This document shows, one piece after another, positions 11,415 to 19,932 of a stretch of DNA of 32,000 bases. A program made the position numbers and the translations under genes. Position 1 is the first letter of the stretch; every line of letters begins with the position of its first letter. Source of the stretch: an uncultured Clostridia bacterium (GTDB lineage: Bacteria; Bacillota; Clostridia; Christensenellales; CAG-314); contig CAKRAM010000075.1 of NCBI GenBank assembly GCA_934294965.1, positions 1 to 32,000 of the forward strand, written 5' to 3'. Below the pieces are notes generated by a model. The model was not told where the DNA came from. It was given only the letters and a program-made list of their open reading frames with translations, and ran no database searches.

Positions 11415-11690
11415 ATGAACGAATATGACATAAAAGTGGGCAGTATTGTTTTGTCCACGCAAGGTAGAGATAAAGGAAACTACTTTGTTGTCGTAAACAC
11501 GGAAGGCGATCGCGTTTACATTGCGGACGGCGGCTCCAGAAAGCTTGCCTCTCCCAAAAAGAAAAACGTAAAGCACGTTTCCCGCAGCGGCGTGGTTTTG
11601 GAAACCATTGCCAAAAAGTTGGAACAAGGTCAAAAAGTGTTCGATAGCGAAGTTAAAAGTGCTTTGAGACAGTTTATCGAAAATAATTAG
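11415..11690 (+). CDS. KOW-domain RNA-binding (L14e-like) protein
   Basis: DIKVGSIVLSTQGRDKGNYFVVVNTEGDRVYIADGGSRKLASPKKKNVKHV; map-KOW-infA position recurrent in Clostridia. Confidence 0.8.
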   Translation: MNEYDIKVGSIVLSTQGRDKGNYFVVVNTEGDRVYIADGGSRKLASPKKKNVKHVSRSGVVLETIAKKLEQGQKVFDSEVKSALRQFIENN

Positions 11691-11699
11691 GAGAATCAC

Positions 11700-11930
11700 A
11701 TGTCAAAAGACGATGTAATCGAAGTTGAAGGCGTAGTTGTGGAAGCATTGCGAAACGCCGAGTTCCGCGTAAAGCTTTCCAACGGGCACGAAATCACTGC
11801 TTACGTTTCCGGAAAATTGAGAATTCACTCAATTAGAATTCTTCCCGGAGATGCCGTTAAGTTGGAAATGAGCCCCTACGACCTTACCAAGGGAAGAATA
11901 GTTTGGCGTTCCAAAGGCGTTCAACAATAA
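11700..11930 (+). CDS. infA: Translation initiation factor IF-1
   Basis: [66 protein letters not shown]. Confidence 0.97.
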   Translation: MSKDDVIEVEGVVVEALRNAEFRVKLSNGHEITAYVSGKLRIHSIRILPGDAVKLEMSPYDLTKGRIVWRSKGVQQ

Positions 11931-11983
11931 CGTACAACATCACAATTTTTTGCGGGGCATATGCCCGTGTCAAGGAGGACAAA

Positions 11984-12100
11984 ATGAAAGTAAAACCGTC
12001 AGTAAAGCCTATGTGCGACAAGTGCAAGGTAATCAAACGCAACGGCAAAGTTATGGTTATTTGTTCCAAATATCCAAAGCATAAGCAAAGACAAGGCTAA
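11984..12100 (+). CDS. rpmJ: 50S ribosomal protein L36
   Basis: [38 protein letters not shown]; AGGAGG SD at 11973-11978; the longer ORF-track start overlaps infA. Confidence 0.97.
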   Translation: MKVKPSVKPMCDKCKVIKRNGKVMVICSKYPKHKQRQG

Positions 12101-12288
12101 CAGCCCTCGGAGCATCGTCGCCCGATGCGGCAAACGCTCGAATATGTGCGGGCGGTTGCGGCATGCGGTCGGCGAAAACTCAGGATACAATCGCCAAAGC
12201 GCGGTCAAACATCATTCCACTAGGCTTTGACTGTGAACTTGGGCGTAAAAATATATATCGTATAAAATTCATTTAAGGAGAAAATCAA

Positions 12289-12666
12289 ATGGCTCGTATT
12301 TCCGGTGTAGATTTACCCAGAGAAAAACGTATCGAAATCGGCTTGACCTACATTTACGGAATCGGACGTACCACTGCTAAGCAAATTCTTGCTCAAACAG
12401 GCGTAAATCCCGATACTCGCGTTAAAGATTTAACAGAAGACGACGTATCCAAGATCCGTGAATGTATCGAAAAGAATATGCACGTCGAAGGCGACCTTCG
12501 TCGTGAAGTTTCGTTGAATATAAAAAGACAAATAGAAATCGGCTCCTATCGTGGAATTCGTCACAGAAAGGGCTTGCCCGTAAGAGGACAATCCACGAAG
12601 CAAAATGCCCGCACAAGAAAAGGTCCCAAACGTACCGTTTCTCGCGGAAAGAAAGCCGCAAAGTAG
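12289..12666 (+). CDS. rpsM: 30S ribosomal protein S13
   Basis: [26 protein letters not shown]; [28 protein letters not shown]. Confidence 0.98.
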   Translation: MARISGVDLPREKRIEIGLTYIYGIGRTTAKQILAQTGVNPDTRVKDLTEDDVSKIRECIEKNMHVEGDLRREVSLNIKRQIEIGSYRGIRHRKGLPVRGQSTKQNARTRKGPKRTVSRGKKAAK

Positions 12667-12681
12667 TAGGAGGATAGCGTA

Positions 12682-13071
12682 ATGGCTCAAAAGAAAGTCG
12701 TAAAAAAGAGACGCGACATAAGAAAAGTCGAAAAAGGACAAGTTCATATTCAAGCATCCTTCAACAACACAATCGTAACGTTCACCGATATGAACGGTAA
12801 CGCTCTTGCTTGGAGCAGCGCCGGTAGCCTCGGCTTCCGCGGATCCCGCAAAAGCACCGCATTCGCCGCTCAACAAGCAGCCGAAGTTGCAGCCAAAAGC
12901 GCAAAAGAATACGGCATTCGTTCTGTAGAAGTCTACGTAAAAGGCCCGGGACAAGGTCGTGAATCCGCAATTCGCGCTCTTCAAACCGCCGAAATCGAAG
13001 TTACGCTTATCCGCGACGTATCTCCCATTGCTCACAATGGTTGCCGTCCTCCCAAGCGTAGAAGAGTTTAG
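12682..13071 (+). CDS. rpsK: 30S ribosomal protein S11
   Basis: [41 protein letters not shown]; [12 protein letters not shown]. Confidence 0.98.
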   Translation: MAQKKVVKKRRDIRKVEKGQVHIQASFNNTIVTFTDMNGNALAWSSAGSLGFRGSRKSTAFAAQQAAEVAAKSAKEYGIRSVEVYVKGPGQGRESAIRALQTAEIEVTLIRDVSPIAHNGCRPPKRRRV

Positions 13072-13088
13072 TTAAAGGAGATATCGAA

Positions 13089-13715
13089 ATGGCTAGATAT
13101 ACAAGCGCAGACTGCCGTCAATGCAGACGCGAAAAATGCAAATTGTTCCTCAAGGGAGAAAGATGCTATTCCGAAAAGTGCGCGCTCACAAAACGCGGCA
13201 AGATCCCCGGAGTTCACGCCGATTCTCGTAAAAAGGTTACCGAATACGGCTTGCAACTTCGCGAAAAGCAAAAGACCAAGAGAATTTACGGTTTGCAAGA
13301 AAAGCAATTCCACAAGTATTACGAAGAAGCCGAACGCCGTCAAGGCGTAACCGGTGCCAACATGCTTATTTTGTTGGAACAAAGATTGGATAACGTTGTT
13401 TATCGTATGGGCATCGGCGTATCCCGCAGTCAAGCTCGTCAGTTCGTTAACCACGGTCTTATAACCGTTAACGGCAAACGTGTAACAATCCCCAGTTATC
13501 AAATCAAAGTCGGCGACGTTGTTTCCGTCAAGGAAAACAAAAAGGAACAAGCTCACTTCGTTGAACTTAAACAATCCAAAAAGCCGGCTAACCTCCCCAA
13601 ATGGTTGGACTTCGAACCCGCTGAACTTACGGGAAAAGTTTTGGCAAAACCGACGAGAGAAGATATCGACATGACCATTGCCGAACACATGATCGTCGAA
13701 TTGTACTCCAAGTAA
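13089..13715 (+). CDS. rpsD: 30S ribosomal protein S4
   Basis: RQCRREKCKLFLKGERC; EQRLDNVVYRMGIGVSRSQARQFVNHGLITVNGKRV. Confidence 0.98.
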   Translation: MARYTSADCRQCRREKCKLFLKGERCYSEKCALTKRGKIPGVHADSRKKVTEYGLQLREKQKTKRIYGLQEKQFHKYYEEAERRQGVTGANMLILLEQRLDNVVYRMGIGVSRSQARQFVNHGLITVNGKRVTIPSYQIKVGDVVSVKENKKEQAHFVELKQSKKPANLPKWLDFEPAELTGKVLAKPTREDIDMTIAEHMIVELYSK

Positions 13716-13831
13716 TAGGCTTAAAACGAGTTGTCGCCATTGCCGACGCCTAGTCGGCAACTGTCGGCGGCTATCGCGAAAGTTTGCCGCGCAAGTTCAA
13801 ACAAAATTTAATTAAAGGAGATTGTTGTCCA

Positions 13832-14803
13832 ATGATGGAAATAGAAAAACCGGTAATGACAGTTGAAGAAAGCGGTCAAAACGCCAGCATTATCAAAATC
13901 GTTGCAGAACCATTGGAAAGAGGGTACGGTATAACTCTCGGTAATGCATTGAGACGTGTCTTGCTTGCTGCTTTGCCCGGTGTGGCAGTTGTGGGCCTCA
14001 AAATAGACGGCGTTCAACATGAATTTTCAACTATTCCCGGTGTCAAAGAGGACGTTACAGACATCATCCTGAACATCAAACGTTTGGCTTTGAAGTCGGA
14101 TAATGAAGACAATGACTTCAGAAAGACAATAACCATAAATAAGGTCGGCCCGTGCGAAGTACACGCCGGCGACATTATCACGGACAGTGAGGTGGAAATT
14201 CTTAATCCGGATTTGTATATTTGCACTCTGGAAGAAGGCTATTCGCTCAACTGCGAACTCTACGTAGGTCGCGGCTGCGGATATAATTCCATCGAAAAGA
14301 ACAAAGAACGCAACAAAGAGCTGAAACTCAATTATCCCATCGGTTTCATCCCCATCGACTCTATCTTCGGGCCGGTTAAAAAGGCAAGTTACAACGTGGA
14401 AAGTGCGCGCGTCGGTCAGGACATCACTCGCGACAAGCTTATCCTCGAAGTTGAAACAAACGGTGCCTTTTCGGGACGCGAAATCGTTTCTCTCGCGGCA
14501 AAGATTATCGAAGACCACATCAAAATGTTCGTCGATTTGTCCGAGAACTTCAACCGTGACATTTTGATTCCTCGCGAAAGCGACAATCACAAAAAGGTGC
14601 TGGAAATGAACATCGACGACATGGATTTGTCCGTCCGTTCCTACAACTGCTTGAAGCGCGCCGGCATCCAAACGGTGGAAGATTTGACTCGTCGTACCGA
14701 AGACGATATGCTCAAAGTTCGCAACTTGGGCAGAAAGTCCTTGGACGAAGTAATTGCAAAGCTCGAAAGTTACGGTCTGTCTTTGAAAAATAAGGATGAA
14801 TAG
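13832..14803 (+). CDS. rpoA: DNA-directed RNA polymerase subunit alpha
   Basis: MMEIEKPVMTVEES...ERGYGITLGNALRRVLLAALPGVAVVGLKIDGVQHEFSTIPGVKEDVTDI; start set by AAAGGAG SD; ORF-track start at 13784 is upstream of the SD. Confidence 0.96.
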   Translation: MMEIEKPVMTVEESGQNASIIKIVAEPLERGYGITLGNALRRVLLAALPGVAVVGLKIDGVQHEFSTIPGVKEDVTDIILNIKRLALKSDNEDNDFRKTITINKVGPCEVHAGDIITDSEVEILNPDLYICTLEEGYSLNCELYVGRGCGYNSIEKNKERNKELKLNYPIGFIPIDSIFGPVKKASYNVESARVGQDITRDKLILEVETNGAFSGREIVSLAAKIIEDHIKMFVDLSENFNRDILIPRESDNHKKVLEMNIDDMDLSVRSYNCLKRAGIQTVEDLTRRTEDDMLKVRNLGRKSLDEVIAKLESYGLSLKNKDE

Positions 14804-14815
14804 GAGAATTGCACA

Positions 14816-15325
14816 ATGGCATCACATAGAAAATTAGGAAAAGCAACCGACATCAGAATGGCTCTGCTTAAAAACCAAGTTTCCCAACTTTTGTGGAACG
14901 GCAAGTTGGAAACGACTGCGGCTCGCGCCAAGGAAGTTCAAAAACTTGCCGAAAAGTACATCACGTTGGCAGTAAACACCTACAAAGACGTTATCGAAGT
15001 GGAAAAGACCAAGATCGTGAACGGAAAGGAAACAACCGTAAAAGTTGTTAACGACGGCGCAAACAAACTTGCTGCAAGACGTCAAATCATGGCAGGCGTT
15101 GCCGACCTCAAAGAAGCACGTCTTCCCAAGGAAAAGGGAACGGAATACCGTCTTCGTACCAAGAAGGTTAAGCACCCCGTAATCGAAAAGATTTTCAACG
15201 TGTATGCTCCCAAATTTGACAAGCAAGCGCAAGAAAGCGGTCAAAAGGGTGGCTACACGGCTATCTACAAGATGAATCCTCGTCGCGGTGACGCAGCCGA
15301 AATGGCTCTTATCGTTATCCTGTAG
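14816..15325 (+). CDS. rplQ: 50S ribosomal protein L17, long form (169 aa)
   Basis: MASHRKLGKATDIRMALLKNQVSQLLWNGKLETTAARAKEVQKLAEK; C-terminal NPRRGDAAEMALIVIL. Confidence 0.95.
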   Translation: MASHRKLGKATDIRMALLKNQVSQLLWNGKLETTAARAKEVQKLAEKYITLAVNTYKDVIEVEKTKIVNGKETTVKVVNDGANKLAARRQIMAGVADLKEARLPKEKGTEYRLRTKKVKHPVIEKIFNVYAPKFDKQAQESGQKGGYTAIYKMNPRRGDAAEMALIVIL

Positions 15326-15341
15326 GAAACACACGCAAAGC

Positions 15342-15377
15342 AAAACGGCAACGTCCACGCGATATTGCCGTTTTTCT
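15342..15377 (+). terminator. Intrinsic terminator ending the ribosomal supercluster
   Basis: AAAACGGCAA (15342-15351) / TTGCCGTTTT (15365-15374), 10-bp stem running into a T tract. Confidence 0.85.
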
Positions 15378-15424
15378 TTACCTCGGCAAAGTTTTTTGCC
15401 GTTGCTACAAAAATCGAGTGCGTT

Positions 15425-15964
15425 ATGAGTAAACAAAGTTTATCGTTCAAAAAAGTTACGCCGAGCGCTGCCGAATTCGACATTGCTCTGGATATTTTGC
15501 AGGCAAGTTTCCCGCCGATTGAAACGCGTTCTCGTTCGGAGCAAATTGCCGTGGCAAAACATCCGGACTACAACCTTTGCCTTGTTTTGGACGGGGCAAC
15601 ACCGGTGGGCGTTGTTGGATATTGGCAAATGCCGCAGATGCTGTACTTGGAAAATTTTTGCGTCGCGCCCGAACTGCGGAACGGCGGCTACGGTGGTGCA
15701 ATCGTAAGCATGCTTGCAAACCTTGCCTGCGGCAATCCGTTCGTTTTGGAGGCGGAACTGCCCACGGACGACCTTGCGCGCCGTCGCATCGGGTTCTACA
15801 AGCGCAACGGCATGGTGGAAAACGCGTATCCGCACATTCAGGCGCATTTGCGCACGGGCGATCCGGATTTGTCGCTTTTGGTACTTTCCTACAAGCAGCC
15901 ACTTTCGGAAAACGAATATGCGGAATTTAGAAAATACTTGAACGATAACGTGGATATTCGTTAG
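15425..15964 (+). CDS. GNAT-family N-acetyltransferase
   Basis: NFCVAPELRNGGYGGAIVSMLANLACGNPFVLEAELPTDDLARRRIGFYKRNGM resembles GNAT motif A/B region; start chosen at ATG 15425. Confidence 0.8.
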   Translation: MSKQSLSFKKVTPSAAEFDIALDILQASFPPIETRSRSEQIAVAKHPDYNLCLVLDGATPVGVVGYWQMPQMLYLENFCVAPELRNGGYGGAIVSMLANLACGNPFVLEAELPTDDLARRRIGFYKRNGMVENAYPHIQAHLRTGDPDLSLLVLSYKQPLSENEYAEFRKYLNDNVDIR

Positions 15965-16043
15965 GTTTTCTTCAAAATTTTGCTCGTAAAGTCGCTTTAC
16001 ACAAAATTTACAATTTGCAAACACAATCATTTCCCTAAAAACG

Positions 16044-16072
16044 TTGACTTTGCTTTGTGATTGGCATACAAT
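16044..16072 (+). promoter_or_regulatory. Sigma-A-type promoter for the B12 locus
   Basis: TTGACT (16044-16049), 17-nt spacer, TACAAT (16067-16072), immediately upstream of the riboswitch. Confidence 0.8.
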
Positions 16073-16074
16073 TG

Positions 16075-16250
16075 TGGCACAAAGGTGAAACGGTTGCCCG
16101 CACGGGCATTAAAAGGGAACGCGGTGAGAATCCGCGATTCAGCTCACTCTACTGTATTTGGCTAATTATACGGTGCTACTTGTCACTGACGTACGTTGGG
16201 AAGGCATGCCGTATGGTGTCGGACGCCATAAGTCAGGAGACCTGCCGAAT
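16075..16250 (+). ncRNA. Cobalamin riboswitch (B12 element)
   Basis: Conserved blocks in order: AAAAGGGAA-CGCGGTGAGAATCCGCG...CACTCTACTGTA...TTGGGAAGGC...GACGCCATAAGTCAGGAGACCTGCC (B12 box). Confidence 0.93.
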
Positions 16251-16358
16251 TGCCTCGAAAGTATAGGCTTTTCGGTGAGGCGAGGTTTATGCGACGGATA
16301 CTTTATTATGCTCGGCTTTTGTCGAGAATTTTGTGCAGTCCGTCCGATATTGACTTTT

Positions 16359-16387
16359 ACAACCGCCGAAAAGGGCGGTTGTTTTTT
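16359..16387 (+). terminator. Intrinsic terminator, probable riboswitch expression platform
   Basis: ACAACCGCC-GAAAAG-GGCGGTTGT followed by TTTTTT, about 110 nt downstream of the B12 box and before the first structural gene. Confidence 0.88.
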
Positions 16388-16562
16388 ATGCTCGGGTAGT
16401 TGTGTCCTCCCCGGGCATGTCGAATGCGTGAACGCGCCGATTATCGTCTCCGATTGGCGCTACAAAGCTTTGCGATTGACTTTGCGCGCAAAAACTCAGC
16501 CGATTTTGCCTATACTTTTTGCGATAATAAGCCGTAACAGGCAAAAAATATAGGAGTAAACA

Positions 16563-19500
16563 ATGAATAAAACACTCAAAATCGTTTTGATTGCCGTTTT
16601 GTCCGTTGTGCTTGCATTGGGAGTATTTACCGCGTGCACGCCGGATAACCACGACAACGAACATGAATGTACAAGCAAATGCCAAGTGTGCGGAGGCTGC
16701 AAAAACAGCACCTGCACGGAAGATGCTTGCAAAAACAAATGTACTTGCAGCCCCGCTCCCGTGCAATACACCGTTTGGTTTGACCTGGTCGGCGGAACTT
16801 GCAGCGTGGACGTGGCTAACGGCATAAAAGTCAACAGCGGTGCGGAACTGGATCTTTCCGCATATGCCGTAACCAAGCAAGATTACGTTTTGGAAAGTTG
16901 GACGGACGGCACCAACACATACGAGCCGAACGCAAAAATCACCGTCAGCGGCGAGGTTACTCTCACTGCCAATTGGAGGCGCAACGTATTTACCGTAACT
17001 TTCGTTTTGGACGGTGGCGTTTGCTCCAAGGATGTTTCCGCTCCGCTTAGCGTAATTGCAGGCACCGAACTCAAATTGACTTCCTACGCGGCAACCAAGG
17101 ATCAATACACGTTTGCAGGCTGGACGGACGGCACCAACACCTATGCAGCCGATGCAACCGTGACGGTAAACAAGGACATCACTCTTACCGCAACTTGGCA
17201 AATCAACGTTTACACCGTAACGTTGGACGTAAACGGCGGCAGTGCTTTGACCACGGCAACGCTTTGTGTAAACAGCGGTGACGAAGTTGACCTTTCCGCA
17301 TACGTAACCACAAAGAAAATCAACAACCTAGTTGGTTGGAGCGACGGCACAAACACCTATGCGCCCAACGCAAAAATCACGGTAACAGGCAACCTAACGC
17401 TCACCGCTCAATGGCAAATTGCCACCACGGCGGAATCGGAATTCAAAACCGAAGACGTTGAAGGAGGCGTTTCCATAACCGGTTTGGTGAAAGACAGCGC
17501 CGTAACGACGGTTGTCGTTCCCAAGCAAATCGGTGGTAAAAACGTTGTAAACATCGGCTACGGCGCGTTTTACTACAACAGCACAATCGAAGAAGTTTAT
17601 CTGGATGCCGCAACGGAAATCACCGCATTGGAAAACAACGCTTTCAGCAACGCTCAAAACCTTCGCTTCGTAAGCCTAAAAGGTCTTTCCAAACTTCAAA
17701 GCATCGGCGACTGCGCGTTCTACGGCGTGTACGACTCCACCGGCAAATACCAAGGCTCGGTTTTGGAAACCGTCGATTTTACCGATTGTACGGCGCTTAA
17801 AACGTTTGGACAAATGGTGTTTGCCTACCAATACAAACTTCAAAGTATCGATTTGTCCGTTTGTACCTCTTTGGAAACAATCGAACGTCAAATGTTTGAC
17901 TTCTGCGTGTCTCTGACCGACGTCAAATTCCCCGCCGGTTTGCAATCTATTGCCAACAATAGCGACTTCTTCCGTCATTGCTACGCTTTGCAAAACATCG
18001 AAGTTGCCGAAGGCGGCATCGGTTTTGAAAGCCAAAACGGCATTCTTTATACCGTAGGCAAAACCGAACTTGTCAAATTTCCCGCACAAAGCGCTCAAAC
18101 GGAATACGTTGCCCCCGCAACCATCACAAAAGTTTGGGGACAAGCGTTCGACGGCGCAAGCAAACTTGCTTCGGCAGATTTCTCCGCCTGCACAAACATC
18201 GCTCTTATGGGAGGATATGCGTTCGAAGCATGCTCCAAAGTAGTTATCACCGTTCCCTTCACTTCCGACGGCAGATTGGAAGACGGCGCCCAAGTGGAAT
18301 TGGGCAACAGTTGGTACGGCTCGGCTAAAAAGGTCAACTATCAAACGTACACCTTTGTGGAAATTTCCTTCAGCGGCGTAAAGAATAACTCGGTTGTATC
18401 CGATGCTTCCGCAAGCCTTACTGCTTCCGCAACCTACGGCTCGGAATCCGTTCCCGTGGTCGTCACTCTCAACGGGGTGGAAGTCAGCGGAACCGACGGC
18501 GTGTATGCACTCACTTACAAGCTCGGCGAAAACACAATCGTCATCACCGCAACCAACGGAATAAAATCCGCAACCGAAACAATCAAAGTCACCTACAAAA
18601 ACAAACCGACGGTTTCCGCAACCTTGGAAGAAGGTCAAGTGTTCTACGGCGACACGATCGAGTTCGACGTAACCGCAAAAACGGCAACCGGCGACATCCT
18701 CACCAAGGACAACGTAAACATTCAACTTAACTTCAGCGGAACGTATATGACTCCGTTCATGGGACTTACCGTTGCCGACGCTCTCGGCGGAAAAGTTCAC
18801 GTTAGTATCGATATCGCATCGCTTATCGATATGGGCTACTTCGATGGCGGCGCGTTCAAAATCAAAGTAATCGCTTCGGACGGCGGTGTAACGGCGGAAA
18901 TCGTCTTCAATGTTGATCACAAGGATGGTCCCGCTCCCGTTCCCACAATTTCTTCCACTTTGGTAGACGGCAAAACCTACTACGGAACGATTGCATTCGA
19001 TATAACCGCAACCGACGCAAGCGGTAACGCATTGACAAAAGACGGCGTTGAAGTCGGAGTCAAATTTTCCGATAGTCCCAACTTCTTCGTGCCGATGATG
19101 GGCTATATTATCTCCGACGTTGACGGCAAAGTTCACGTCGAGTACGACATGGCAAGCATTTATTCAACGTACTTTTTCGATAGCGACTTCCAAATCCGTA
19201 TTGCCGTAAAAGGCAGTGAAGTGGAAGTTATCTATAACGTAACTTGGTTGGAAGGCGAAGAACCCAAGGCTAAAATCGAAAGTACGTTGGAAAACGGCAA
19301 AACCTACTACGGAACGATTGCATTCGATATAACCGCAGCAGACGCAAGCGGTAACGCATTGACAAAAGACGGCGTGGAAGTCGGAGTCAAATTTTCCGAT
19401 AGTTCCAACTTCTTCGTGCCGATGATGGGCTATACTATCTCCGACGTTGACGGCAAAGTTCACGTCGAGTACGATATGGCAAGCATTTATTCAACGTACT

Positions 19501-19925
19501 TTTTCGATAGCGACTTCCAAATCCGTATTGCCATAAAAGGCAGTGAAGTGGAAGTTATCTACAACGTAACTTGGCTGGAAGGCGAAGAGCCTCATGCGGA
19601 ATTTTCCGTAGCGGGACTTACCGACGGCTACAAATTCAGCAAAGACTTCGATGTTACTGTTACGGCTATCGACGAAAACGGCAAAGCGATACCATCTTCT
19701 CAAATCGGCTTCCGTATGACGCTTTGGGCAAACAAATGGGTAGACGTAACTGCTACGGTCAAGTCGGAAAGCAACGGCGTTATCGTGTTTACTGTAAGTT
19801 ACAATAGCATCGCGAGCAACTATCAAAAGGGTATGTTTGATCCGTTTTCCTTCTCGGTAGACCAAAAGGACGCAAGCGGAGCAATTGTCAACTCCGTACA
19901 ATTTAACAACGTAGATCTTGCATAA
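16563..19925 (+). CDS. Large putative surface lipoprotein: Cys-rich N-terminus, 3 Listeria-Bacteroides repeats, BspA-like leucine-rich repeats, several Ig-like repeats
   Basis: Signal MNKTLKIVLIAVLSVVLALGVFTAC; YTVWFDLVGG/FTVTFVLDGG/YTVTLDVNGG ... GWTDGTNTYAADA; LRR-like IGYGAFYYNSTIEEVYL, LQSIGDCAFYG; C-terminal Ig-like repeats. Confidence 0.85.
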   Translation: MNKTLKIVLIAVLSVVLALGVFTACTPDNHDNEHECTSKCQVCGGCKNSTCTEDACKNKCTCSPAPVQYTVWFDLVGGTCSVDVANGIKVNSGAELDLSAYAVTKQDYVLESWTDGTNTYEPNAKITVSGEVTLTANWRRNVFTVTFVLDGGVCSKDVSAPLSVIAGTELKLTSYAATKDQYTFAGWTDGTNTYAADATVTVNKDITLTATWQINVYTVTLDVNGGSALTTATLCVNSGDEVDLSAYVTTKKINNLVGWSDGTNTYAPNAKITVTGNLTLTAQWQIATTAESEFKTEDVEGGVSITGLVKDSAVTTVVVPKQIGGKNVVNIGYGAFYYNSTIEEVYLDAATEITALENNAFSNAQNLRFVSLKGLSKLQSIGDCAFYGVYDSTGKYQGSVLETVDFTDCTALKTFGQMVFAYQYKLQSIDLSVCTSLETIERQMFDFCVSLTDVKFPAGLQSIANNSDFFRHCYALQNIEVAEGGIGFESQNGILYTVGKTELVKFPAQSAQTEYVAPATITKVWGQAFDGASKLASADFSACTNIALMGGYAFEACSKVVITVPFTSDGRLEDGAQVELGNSWYGSAKKVNYQTYTFVEISFSGVKNNSVVSDASASLTASATYGSESVPVVVTLNGVEVSGTDGVYALTYKLGENTIVITATNGIKSATETIKVTYKNKPTVSATLEEGQVFYGDTIEFDVTAKTATGDILTKDNVNIQLNFSGTYMTPFMGLTVADALGGKVHVSIDIASLIDMGYFDGGAFKIKVIASDGGVTAEIVFNVDHKDGPAPVPTISSTLVDGKTYYGTIAFDITATDASGNALTKDGVEVGVKFSDSPNFFVPMMGYIISDVDGKVHVEYDMASIYSTYFFDSDFQIRIAVKGSEVEVIYNVTWLEGEEPKAKIESTLENGKTYYGTIAFDITAADASGNALTKDGVEVGVKFSDSSNFFVPMMGYTISDVDGKVHVEYDMASIYSTYFFDSDFQIRIAIKGSEVEVIYNVTWLEGEEPHAEFSVAGLTDGYKFSKDFDVTVTAIDENGKAIPSSQIGFRMTLWANKWVDVTATVKSESNGVIVFTVSYNSIASNYQKGMFDPFSFSVDQKDASGAIVNSVQFNNVDLA
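16767..17420 (+). repeat. Three tandem Listeria-Bacteroides (InlB-like) repeats, 74-aa (222-bp) period
   Basis: Residues 69, 143 and 217 start homologous units (YTVWFDLVGG, FTVTFVLDGG, YTVTLDVNGG), each with W(T/S)DGTNTY. Confidence 0.85.
18969..19592 (+). repeat. Near-identical tandem repeat, 327-bp (109-aa) period, two copies
   Basis: GGCAAAACCTACTACGGAACGATTGCATTCGATATAACCGCA... begins at 18969 and 19296; proteins GKTYYGTIAFDITA(T/A)DASGNALTKDGVEVGVKFSDS(P/S)NFFVPMMGY...TWLEGEEP. Confidence 0.93.
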
Positions 19926-19932
19926 TTAAACT

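Noticed and set aside
13784-13831. ORF-track start of rpoA at 13784
   Set aside because: Upstream of the AAAGGAG SD; the ATG at 13832 gives the standard MxEIEKP N-terminus.
16057-16553. ORFs 16057-16266 and 16158-16553 (+)
   Set aside because: They overlap the cobalamin riboswitch and its terminator, with no SD and no protein family signal.
17394-19463. Antisense ORFs in lipoprotein 1, including 486 aa at 17676-19136 and a repeated 'FNFAVNVGDNIAHHRHEEVGTIGKF' pattern
   Set aside because: Mirror image of the biased, repetitive sense gene; the repetition only reflects the 327-bp duplication.
16767-19592. CRISPR-like or mobile repeat
   Set aside because: Repeats are in-frame protein-domain repeats (222-bp and 327-bp periods) without spacer/repeat organisation or transposase.
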